Both the position numbers and the translations under genes were made by a program. A model generated the notes under the pieces. It was not told where the DNA came from and did no database searches. It was given only the letters and a program-made list of their open reading frames with translations. Source: Hyphomicrobium sp. (GTDB taxonomy: Bacteria; Pseudomonadota; Alphaproteobacteria; Rhizobiales; Hyphomicrobiaceae). From it: a stretch of DNA of 64,000 nt. Within the stretch, counting starts at the first letter, position 1. Each line of letters opens with the position of its first letter. Shown here in pieces: positions 38,354 to 46,644 of this stretch. The stretch spans positions 1,084 to 65,083 of the forward strand of contig DAITBB010000008.1 in NCBI GenBank assembly GCA_036823975.1, written 5' to 3'.

Positions 38354-40324
38354 ATGACCGCACGTGCCGGAGCCGCTCCTCACGTTTCCAGGCGTGAGCT
38401 GATCGCAACCTTCTCGGCGCTCATGCTCGTGCTGCTGCTGGCCTCGCTCGACCAGACGATCGTCGCCACCGCCCTTCCGGTCATCGTCAACGAGATCGGC
38501 GGCCTCGCGCATCTGTCGTGGATCGTGACGGCCTATCTCTTGTCGAGCACCGTCGTCGTGCCGCTCTACGGCAAGCTCGGCGATCTCTACGGCCGGCGCA
38601 TCGTTCTGCAATGGGCGGTGGCCGTGTTTCTCGCCGGATCGCTCCTCTGTGGCCTCGCGCAGAACCTGCCGGAGCTGATCGCGTTCCGCTTCCTGCAGGG
38701 TCTCGGCGGCGGCGGCCTCATCGTGACGGCGATTGCGGTGGTCGGCGATATCGTGCCGCCGCGCGAGCGGGGCCGCTACCAGGGCTTCTTCGGCGGCGTG
38801 TTCGGACTGTCGACGGTGCTCGGCCCCCTGCTCGGCGGCTTCATCGTCGATCAGTTCTCCTGGCGCTGGATCTTCCTCATCAACCTGCCGCTCGGTCTTC
38901 TGGCGCTGGTCGTCATCAGCCGCACCTTCCGCGCGCCGCAGGCGCGGGGCCACGCCACCATCGATTATCTGGGCGCGCTGCTGCTGGCTCTTGCGCTCTC
39001 TGCGATCGTGCTGGTGACGAGCCTCGGCGCGACGCTGATCGAGGCGGCGCCCGTCAGCCTGTTCGCGCTCGTCGCGCTCGCGGTGGTCTCGCTCGCGGGG
39101 TTTTTCTACGCGGAGCGGTCCGCCGCCGATCCGTTGCTGCCGCTCGCGCTCTTCCGCAACCGGGCGTTCGCGATCGGCACGTCGGTGGGCTTCATCGTCG
39201 GCCTGGCGCTGTTCGGCGCGATCACGCTGCTGCCGGTCTATTTCCAGGCGGTCAAAGGCCTCGATCCCACGACGGCCGGCCTCTACATGACGCCAATGAT
39301 GCTCGGCGTCTTCACGAGCTCGATCACGAGCGGGCAGATCATCAGCCGGTGGGGGCGCTACAAGATCTTTCCGGTGGCGGGAACGGCCATCATGACGACG
39401 GCGCTGCTCTTGCTCTCGACGATGGAGGTCGCAACCTCGGCGACGACGGTGGCGGCCTATCTCCTGTTGCTCGGCGTCGGGCTCGGCATGGTGATGCAGA
39501 TCCTCGTCATGGCCGTGCAGAATGCGGTGCCCTACGAGCGGCTCGGCGTGGCGACATCCGGCACGACGCTGTTCCGCTCCATCGGCGGATCGGTCGGGGC
39601 GGCACTCTTCGGCGCGATCTTCGCCCATGCGCTCGAGGCGAATCTGCGTCTCGCTCTGCCCGACGTGGGAGGTCTGCTCGATCCGGACCAGATCGCCCGC
39701 CTCGGCGAGCCACTTCGCAGCGCCTATCTCACCGAGTTCGTGGCGGCGCTGCATCCGGTGTTCCACACCGCGGCCGCGCTGGCGGCGCTGGGCTTTCTGC
39801 TGACGCTGGCGATCCGCGAGGTTCCGCTCAAGACGACGATCGCCCCGGATGCGGTGAGCGAAGCCTTCGCGATGCCGCGCGAGGCGACCTCGCTCGACGA
39901 GCTCAGGCTGATCGTCACGCGCATCACGGCGCGCGAGAACCGGTGGCGGGTCTATGAGCGCGTGGCCGAGCGCATCGGCCTGACGCTTCGGCCCGACGCG
40001 CTGTGGCTGCTGGCCCGGATCGGCGAGCGGGACGGGCAGGGAACGCTCGCCGACCTCGAGGCGCGTCTCCACATGGCGCCGGGCGAGAGCCAGGCCCTGC
40101 GCGAGCGGCTGGTGGGAGCGGGGATGCTCGCCGTATCGGAGGACGGCCGCCGCTACGCCCTGACGGAGGCGGGCCGCAGCGCCTATGCGCGCCTCATTGC
40201 GCGGCGCGAAGCCGACCTCGAGGACATGCTCGCCGACTGGGACCGCAACGAGCACCCCGAGGTGCGGGCGCTGATGAAGGAACTGGCCCAGTCCTTCGCC
40301 CAGGCGCCGCCGGTGCGGCCATAG
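38354..40324 (+). CDS. DHA2/MDR-family MFS efflux transporter with C-terminal winged-helix (MarR-like) domain
   Basis: LDQTIVATALP, GKLGDLYGRR, WRWIFLINLP; ~140-aa C-terminal tail with ...RYALTEAGR wing motif. Confidence 0.88.
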   Translation: MTARAGAAPHVSRRELIATFSALMLVLLLASLDQTIVATALPVIVNEIGGLAHLSWIVTAYLLSSTVVVPLYGKLGDLYGRRIVLQWAVAVFLAGSLLCGLAQNLPELIAFRFLQGLGGGGLIVTAIAVVGDIVPPRERGRYQGFFGGVFGLSTVLGPLLGGFIVDQFSWRWIFLINLPLGLLALVVISRTFRAPQARGHATIDYLGALLLALALSAIVLVTSLGATLIEAAPVSLFALVALAVVSLAGFFYAERSAADPLLPLALFRNRAFAIGTSVGFIVGLALFGAITLLPVYFQAVKGLDPTTAGLYMTPMMLGVFTSSITSGQIISRWGRYKIFPVAGTAIMTTALLLLSTMEVATSATTVAAYLLLLGVGLGMVMQILVMAVQNAVPYERLGVATSGTTLFRSIGGSVGAALFGAIFAHALEANLRLALPDVGGLLDPDQIARLGEPLRSAYLTEFVAALHPVFHTAAALAALGFLLTLAIREVPLKTTIAPDAVSEAFAMPREATSLDELRLIVTRITARENRWRVYERVAERIGLTLRPDALWLLARIGERDGQGTLADLEARLHMAPGESQALRERLVGAGMLAVSEDGRRYALTEAGRSAYARLIARREADLEDMLADWDRNEHPEVRALMKELAQSFAQAPPVRP

Positions 40325-40406
40325 GAAGGTTGGAGCCACACGAGGCAGAAGGGCGCGCGGCGACGCGCCGGCGCCAGGCTTATGAAATTGATTTCGCAAG
40401 GAAATT

Positions 40407-40480
40407 TGGAGGCCACGCCCGGAATTGAACCGGGGTACGCGGATTTGCAGTCCGCTGCGTCACCACTCCGCCACGTGGCC
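40407..40480 (-). tRNA. tRNA-Cys (GCA)
   Basis: GGCCACGTGGCGGAGTGGTGACGCAGCGGACTGCAAATCCGCGTACCCCGGTTCAATTCCGGGCGTGGCCTCCA, anticodon GCA. Confidence 0.97.
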
Positions 40481-40635
40481 TCTCGGTGAGGGGAAACATC
40501 GACCAGGGACACGCAGATGCCTCCGCGTGCCGTCGTCCTTCCCCGTGCCGCAGGCATCTATCATATAGATAAACCTTTGCACAAGCGGCGGGATCGCGCG
40601 TCCGCCCCGCAATTTCGTCACGGGAGATCAGGGAA

Positions 40636-41037
40636 GTGGGAGAGGCTCTCCGCGCACGGTGCCGATCCTGGCTCCAGCGCCTCGAAGCGCTCGCCAGGCG
40701 CGCCAAGCAGGACGGCGTGGCGCTCTTCCTCGCCGCCCGCGATCCGCGGGTGTCCTGGAAGGTCAAGGGCTTGGCCCTGCTCGTGGCGGCCTACGTGCTC
40801 TCGCCGATCGATCTCATCCCCGATGTCATCCCCGTCCTCGGGATCCTGGATGAGCTGATCCTCCTGCCGCTGGCGGTGGGCCTCGCGGTGCGCTGGATCG
40901 ATCCCGGCGTCATGGCGGCCCTGCGCGAGGAGGCGGCCCGTCTCGCGGCGCGACCGAGGAGCCGGCTCGGGGCCGTCCTCGTGGTGCTGGTGTGGGCCGC
41001 CGTTGCGGCCGGGCTCGCCGTCGTGTTCTGGCCCTGA
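40636..41037 (+). CDS. YkvA/DUF1232 family membrane protein
   Basis: AYVLSPIDLIPDVIPVLGILDE motif. Confidence 0.88.
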   Translation: MGEALRARCRSWLQRLEALARRAKQDGVALFLAARDPRVSWKVKGLALLVAAYVLSPIDLIPDVIPVLGILDELILLPLAVGLAVRWIDPGVMAALREEAARLAARPRSRLGAVLVVLVWAAVAAGLAVVFWP

Positions 41038-41186
41038 AGGGGGTGCGGACGTCTCCCTGCCTTTCGACGGGAGCGGCAAGGGGACGAGTGGCCGGACCGC
41101 GGGACTTTGAGTATGGTCTCGCGTCGAGCAGAGGTGCCGCGGCGCGGCGGTCGCGTCGGCGCGGGCAGCGTTCGGGAGAGCTTCAA

Positions 41187-41852
41187 ATGGATTTCGCCAC
41201 TCAGCGCACGAACATGGTCGAGTCGCAGGTGCGCCCGAGCGATGTGACGGACCGGCGGATCATCCGCGCCATGCGGGCGTTGCCGCGCGAGCGCTTCGTG
41301 CCGGAGCCGGTGCAGACGCTCGCCTATAGCGACGGCCCGGTGCCGATGTCGGCGGAGGGCGGCGCGGCGCGGCGGCTCATGCTGCCGGCGCGCGTGCTCG
41401 CCAAACTCGTCCAGGCCGCCGAGATCGACCCCGGCGCAACCGTGCTCCATGTCGGCGCGGGCACGGGCTATGGGTCGGCCGTGCTGTCGCAGCTTGCCCT
41501 CGCGGTCGTGGCGCTCGAAAGCGCGCCCGCGCTCGCGGCGAAGGCGCGCACGGAGCTCGCCGCCCTCGGCTGCGCCAACGTCTCGGTCGTCGAAGGTCCT
41601 CTGACCGAGGGATGGGCCGACGGTGGCCCCTACGATGCGATCGTCGTCGAGGGAGCGATCGAGGAAGCACCGGACAGGCTGCTGGACCAGCTCAAGGACG
41701 GCGGGCGCCTCGTCGCCATCCTCGGCCGGGGCGCGAGCGGGCGGGCCACCGTCTGGCAACGCCAGGGCCGGGCGTTCGGAGCGGTGGACGTGTTCGACGC
41801 CGCCGGCGAGACGCTTCCGGGCTTCGAGCAGCCCCGGGCTTTCGCCTTTTGA
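41187..41852 (+). CDS. pcm: protein-L-isoaspartate O-methyltransferase
   Basis: RTNMVESQVRPSDVTD, PRERFVP, LHVGAGTGY, GPYDAIVVEG, QLKDGGRL; pcm-tolC synteny. Confidence 0.9.
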   Translation: MDFATQRTNMVESQVRPSDVTDRRIIRAMRALPRERFVPEPVQTLAYSDGPVPMSAEGGAARRLMLPARVLAKLVQAAEIDPGATVLHVGAGTGYGSAVLSQLALAVVALESAPALAAKARTELAALGCANVSVVEGPLTEGWADGGPYDAIVVEGAIEEAPDRLLDQLKDGGRLVAILGRGASGRATVWQRQGRAFGAVDVFDAAGETLPGFEQPRAFAF

Positions 41853-42170
41853 GGGGCTGAAAGGGCGCATTCTTCTTGGGGAAGCCGGAGCAGGGCCTCA
41901 TTGAAAAATATGAGGACGGCCGAGTCCTCACACCCACACTTCGTTATTTATTCTGAAAATTCAGCATCTTAGATTTCCGCTCCGGGCGCGCGAGTCGCGC
42001 TCGCGCGGCGATCTTATCCGTGGGCGTGTGGGAATGCGGCCACGCCATGGGGCCGTGTTTTGATTCCGGGGTGTGGCCGCCTTCATCGAATCGAGAGGCT
42101 GCTCTAAGAGGTTAAGAAAGTGTTGACGGGGGCGTGACCTGCCGGGGATCGGAGCAGGTCGGATCAGCGA

Positions 42171-43637
42171 GTGAGGGTCGTCTTGGCATCGAGGTTCGTC
42201 TCACGCAAAGCGAGCTTTCGGGCGTTGCCGCTCGCAGCTGCCACGCTATTGGCCGGGGCTTTCCCGCACGCCATCACCGTTGCCCATGCGGAGACGCTCA
42301 ATCAAGCCCTCGCCTCGGCTTATGAATACAATCCACAGCTCGACGCCGAGCGCGCCCGCCTGCGGGCGACCGACGAAGAGGTGACGCGGGCCCGCTCCGG
42401 CTTCCGGCCGGTGATCACGGGCGGCGCCGACATCAATTACCAATACAACCGGACGCGTTCGAGCAATCCGGCGCTCGGCACCACCGAGTCCGAGACCCAT
42501 CCGAAGGGCTACTCCATCGATGCGGTGCAGCCGATCTTCAGCGGCTTCCGCGTCATCAACGCCGTCAACGAGCAGGAGGCGAACGTGCGCGCCGCGCGCG
42601 AGTCGCTGCGCGCCGTCGAGCAGGACGTGCTGCTGCAGGCCGTGACGGCGTTCATGGATGTGGTGCGCGACCAGGCGATCGTTCGCCTGCGCGAGAACAA
42701 CGTCAACGTGCTGTCGCGCGAGCTGCGGGCGACGGAGGATCGCTTCGCCGTCGGCGAGGTGACGCGCACCGACGTGGCCCAGGCCCAGGCGCGGCGCGCA
42801 GGCTCCGTGTCGGCGCTCGATCTGGCGCGGGCCAACCTCAAGACCAGCCGCGCCGTCTACGAGCGCGTCATAGGCCATGCGCCGGGCACGCTGGTCGAGC
42901 CGAATGGCTTCGAGCGCTGGCTTCCGAACTCCCTCGAAGAGGCCAAGAACATCGGCGGGCAGGAGAATCCGGCCGTCGTTTCCGCGCTCTATCTCGAACA
43001 GGCCTCGCGCTTCGGCGTCGACCGCATCCGTGGCGAGCTTCTGCCGAGCGTGCAGCTCGAAGCCTCCTATTCGGATCGCTTCGATTCTTCGCCGACGATC
43101 GACGAGTCCGAGTCGGCCGTCGTGACGGGACGCCTCCGGGTTCCGATCTACGAGGGCGGCGAGGTCTACGCGCGCGTACGTCAGCAGAAGCACATTCACG
43201 TCAGCCGCCTGCAGGAGATCGAGCAGGCGCGCAGCGAGGCCGAGGCGCTCGTGGTCGCGGCATGGTCGCAGGTGCAGGCGGCGCAGGCCCAGGTGCAGTC
43301 CGATCAGTCGCAGGTGAGTGCGAACACCACCGCGCTGACCGGCGTGCGCGAGGAGGAGCGCGTGGGACAGCGCACGCTGCTGGACGTGCTCAACGCCGAG
43401 GTCGAGCTTCTCAACTCGCAGGTGCAGCTCGTCTCGACGCGGCGCAACGTCGTCGTCTCGAGCTACACGCTCTTGTCCGCGGTTGGGCGCCTGGATGCCA
43501 TCAACCTCGGCTTCACCGGCATCGCCTACGATCCTGAGGCGCATTATCAGGAAGTCCGGCGTAAACCTTGGGGCACTTCGATAACTCACGCCGACGGCCG
43601 TTACGAAGAGCTGCCCTCCTCCGGACCGATCAAATAA
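42171..43637 (+). CDS. tolC: TolC-family outer membrane protein
   Basis: Signal peptide, NPQLDAERARLRATDE, RFAVGEVTRTDVAQA, VGQRTLLDVLNAE. Confidence 0.93.
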   Translation: MRVVLASRFVSRKASFRALPLAAATLLAGAFPHAITVAHAETLNQALASAYEYNPQLDAERARLRATDEEVTRARSGFRPVITGGADINYQYNRTRSSNPALGTTESETHPKGYSIDAVQPIFSGFRVINAVNEQEANVRAARESLRAVEQDVLLQAVTAFMDVVRDQAIVRLRENNVNVLSRELRATEDRFAVGEVTRTDVAQAQARRAGSVSALDLARANLKTSRAVYERVIGHAPGTLVEPNGFERWLPNSLEEAKNIGGQENPAVVSALYLEQASRFGVDRIRGELLPSVQLEASYSDRFDSSPTIDESESAVVTGRLRVPIYEGGEVYARVRQQKHIHVSRLQEIEQARSEAEALVVAAWSQVQAAQAQVQSDQSQVSANTTALTGVREEERVGQRTLLDVLNAEVELLNSQVQLVSTRRNVVVSSYTLLSAVGRLDAINLGFTGIAYDPEAHYQEVRRKPWGTSITHADGRYEELPSSGPIK

Positions 43638-43951
43638 AACTCCTTGAGCGCGGCACTTTGCGGGGGTAGCTCACGACCGATCGCTTGTCGATTTCGGTTG
43701 GCCTGTGTCTTTGCCACATCGTTGCCGTTTATGTTGCATAGCGTCGGCAGCGTGGGGATCGCACTCACAACGTATCGAGCGGGAAGGCCGCGTCTGCCGA
43801 CGCAAGGGGAATGGCAGGCACGCGCCACACGTTTCCTCGCCGCGGGCGCGCGAGCGAGGGGAGATGCCGTCTGCGATCGGCATCATACGGGGCGGTACCT
43901 AGTCGGGTCGGTGCCGGTGTTCTTGTCGTGGTGTGCGTAGGGAGTGGCGTA

Positions 43952-44893
43952 ATGAACATGACAGAGAAGAACGGCCAGCCGAGTATGGAAGAGATCCTGG
44001 CTTCGATCCGCCGCATCATCGCGGAGGAGCCCGGACAGCATAACGGCGAGCTCGGCGGCACGCCGATCCTGCTCAAGGGCGATGGCCTTCTCGAAGATAC
44101 CAGCGATTTCGATTTGCCCGCGATTTTCCGGGCGTCGCCGCCGCAGGTGGATCGGCAATCGCCGTTGCTGGGACGGCTGACGGATGCCATCCGCAATGCC
44201 ACCGCGGCGCATGGCGACGAGTCCAGTCTCCATGACAGCGAGATGCCGGCGAATGGCCGTAACGGCCACAACGGTCATCACCAGAACGGCTATCATCAGA
44301 ACGGCCACCATCAAAATGGCCATCAGAACGGACATCATCCGGCGCTGAGCTCGCTCCTCGTCCGCTCGGGCGAGACGGGGCACGCGAACGGCGCATCCTA
44401 CGCGCCCGAGACCCCCGCGTCCGGCGCGCCATCGCCTGCGGCATCCGCGTTGCCAGGCGAGGAGCCGAAGCGCGTGATGGCGCCATTCAAGGACACGCAT
44501 TTTCTGCGCATGACCCAGCCCGTGGCGCTGGCGCAGCCGGCGCCGGCGGAGGCCGAGCCGTCTCCCGAGCCGGAGGAGGTCGCGCCCGTCGTGAGCGCCG
44601 CGCCCGAGCCGGAGCCGCTCCCCTGGCCGGCCGCCCTTCTGGAGCCGGAGATGCCGGCGCCGGAGCACGCAGCGTCCGAGGCCGCTGCGCCGGCCGTGAC
44701 CGTGCCTCCGCCTCCGCTGCCGATGGCCGCGCCCATGGGCGAGCCGGCGGCAGCGGGCGGCATCGAGGATGCCACCGCCGATCTCCTGCGCCCGATGTTG
44801 CGGCAGTGGCTCGCCGATAACATGCCGCGCATGGTGGAGAAGGCGCTTCACATCGAGATTGCCGAGAGCGTCAAGCCGCTGAAGAAACCCTGA
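43952..44893 (+). CDS. popZ: PopZ-like polar organizing protein (DUF2497), paralog 1
   Basis: N-terminal QPSMEEILASIRRIIAEE; Pro/Glu-rich linker; C-terminal IEDATADLLRPMLRQWLADNMPRMVEKALHIEI; tolC-popZ-valS synteny. Confidence 0.88.
   Translation: MNMTEKNGQPSMEEILASIRRIIAEEPGQHNGELGGTPILLKGDGLLEDTSDFDLPAIFRASPPQVDRQSPLLGRLTDAIRNATAAHGDESSLHDSEMPANGRNGHNGHHQNGYHQNGHHQNGHQNGHHPALSSLLVRSGETGHANGASYAPETPASGAPSPAASALPGEEPKRVMAPFKDTHFLRMTQPVALAQPAPAEAEPSPEPEEVAPVVSAAPEPEPLPWPAALLEPEMPAPEHAASEAAAPAVTVPPPPLPMAAPMGEPAAAGGIEDATADLLRPMLRQWLADNMPRMVEKALHIEIAESVKPLKKP
44252..44338 (+). repeat. coding (Q)NG(H/Y)H pentapeptide repeat in PopZ paralog 1
   Basis: NGRNGHNGHHQNGYHQNGHHQNGHQNGHH, with varied synonymous codons. 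Confidence 0.85.
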
Positions 44894-45092
44894 AACCTGC
44901 GCTCGTGACCGCTCCGCGTCGCCACAAAAGCGACGTACGCCACGTTGAGCATTAGGGCGAGCGGGGTGTGCGTGACCGTGCCGGACCGATTGAACCTGGC
45001 CCGAGGGCGGGGTACGTCTTCGCCCAGCCTGTCCTTCCGTTCTGCTTCGGCAGAGCGTGCGGGCAGACTTGAATCGGGCGGTGGGTAAGATC

Positions 45093-46505
45093 ATGACCAG
45101 CGTGGACAAGGCCGGCGAGCCAAGCATGGAAGAGGCGCTTGCGAGCGTGCGCCAGCTCATTGCGGACGTGCCTGTGAAAGACGTGCCTGAGAAACCAGTC
45201 TCGGTGTTTCCGGCGCTCGAGCCCAACCCGCTCGTGCCGCAGGCGTTCGGCCCGGACGCAGACGCGGCGGGCCGGGCAGGCACGCCCGAGGCCGCGCCAC
45301 CGGCACCGGATCGCTTGAGCGGCGTGCTCAAGAGCGGTGCCCTGCCGGCGACCCGTCCCTTCGGCTCCAAGCGGCCGATGCCCTTCGACCAGGACCTCGC
45401 CGATATGCTCGACGAAACGGCGGGCGATAGCGCCCCGAAGCCGTCCGTACGCGCCGACGAGCCCACAACGGCCGCCGCAGCACCGGCGCCGAAGACGCCT
45501 GCTGCGCCGGAGCCGCCGGCCGCACGCGCATCCTCTCCTTTTCCGTCGCCGTCGCTCTCGGCATCTGCGCCGTTCTCCATCGGTGCCGCGCCCACGGCCG
45601 CAGCCCCGCCGCCGCCGACGCGCACGTTCGGCTTTCCCCCGCTCCGGAAATCGAGCTTCTATCCTCCGCAGGCTGCGGTGACGCCGACGTTGCCGCCGCT
45701 TCCGGCTGTCGAGGCCGCCCCGACGCCGGCCGCATCCGAGCCCGCGGCGCCCAAGGCCCCCGCGGCGCCTACGACCAAGGCCGCCGAGCCGGGTGGAAAT
45801 CTGGACGAAGCGCTGAAGCGGCTTTCGAACCTCGGGGCCGTGGTGCCCGGGGCTCCGGTGGTGGCGCCCAAGCCGTCCGCGCCGACGATGCTGTCGCTCG
45901 GGACGCCGCAGGTCGCCGAGTCGCTTTTCAATGGCAGCTCGGTCGGCGCCGGACGGGACACCCCCAGGCCGGCGCCCGCAGCGGCAGACCCGAAGATCGA
46001 CGACAAGGCTCTTTGGCGCCCGGTTGCGCGCGAGGAGGCCAAGGATCCTGTGACGCCTGCGCGCGAGCGTGACGCGGCGACGCCCGACGCGGCTACCAAG
46101 CCGGCGATGTTCGCTTCTGCTGCGGCCCCTCTGCCGAAGACGGCGCGCGAAACCGATCCGTCCACCGTCGCGGCCCAGGCCCTCGATGCCCTGGCGCAGG
46201 GGCTGGCCGCGTCCGGAATGCCGGCGGCGGTTGCACCGAAGGCGGCCCCCGCGCTCGCGGAGCCAACACGCGCGCGGCCCGAGGCTGCGACGCCGGATCC
46301 CGCGCCCACGCTCACGGCGTCGGACACGCCTCCTGCCGCTGCCGCTCCGGCATCGGCCCGCACGCTCGAGGACGTGGTGGCCGACATGCTGCGGCCGATG
46401 CTGCAGCAGTGGGTCTCCGACAACATGCCGCGCATCATGGAGCGCGCGCTCCGGGTCGAGCTGGCGAAGAGCCTGCCGCCGGGACAGAAGCCGCCAGGAG
46501 CCTGA
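45093..46505 (+). CDS. PopZ-like protein (DUF2497), paralog 2 with a very long Ala/Pro linker
   Basis: N-terminal EPSMEEALASVRQLIAD; C-terminal RTLEDVVADMLRPMLQQWVSDNMPRIMERALRVEL. Confidence 0.83.
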   Translation: MTSVDKAGEPSMEEALASVRQLIADVPVKDVPEKPVSVFPALEPNPLVPQAFGPDADAAGRAGTPEAAPPAPDRLSGVLKSGALPATRPFGSKRPMPFDQDLADMLDETAGDSAPKPSVRADEPTTAAAAPAPKTPAAPEPPAARASSPFPSPSLSASAPFSIGAAPTAAAPPPPTRTFGFPPLRKSSFYPPQAAVTPTLPPLPAVEAAPTPAASEPAAPKAPAAPTTKAAEPGGNLDEALKRLSNLGAVVPGAPVVAPKPSAPTMLSLGTPQVAESLFNGSSVGAGRDTPRPAPAAADPKIDDKALWRPVAREEAKDPVTPARERDAATPDAATKPAMFASAAAPLPKTARETDPSTVAAQALDALAQGLAASGMPAAVAPKAAPALAEPTRARPEAATPDPAPTLTASDTPPAAAAPASARTLEDVVADMLRPMLQQWVSDNMPRIMERALRVELAKSLPPGQKPPGA

Positions 46506-46644
46506 GCGCACGGGAAAATTCCCGGCCCCTCACGGAGCCGGGCGCGGCGCGTGCCGGGCCAGCCGATTGACAGGCGGCAGGCGGGTTCGTAGGACCCCTT
46601 GTCTCTGCCTGCCTTATTTCCAAATCCGCAAAGGCCCGCGCTCC

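Noticed and set aside
40325..40406. Second island integrated at tRNA-Cys (actP/MFS block)
   Set aside because: No duplicate of the tRNA-Cys 3' end spotted and no mobility genes
44252..44338. Periodic 15-nt pattern as a possible CRISPR array
   Set aside because: In-frame coding repeat without unique spacers; no cas genes in the window
46069..46644. N-terminal extension of ValS (1135-aa ORF) suggesting a PopZ-ValS fusion
   Set aside because: Extension is an alternative frame over popZ paralog 2; ValS similarity begins at MLEKTY (46645)
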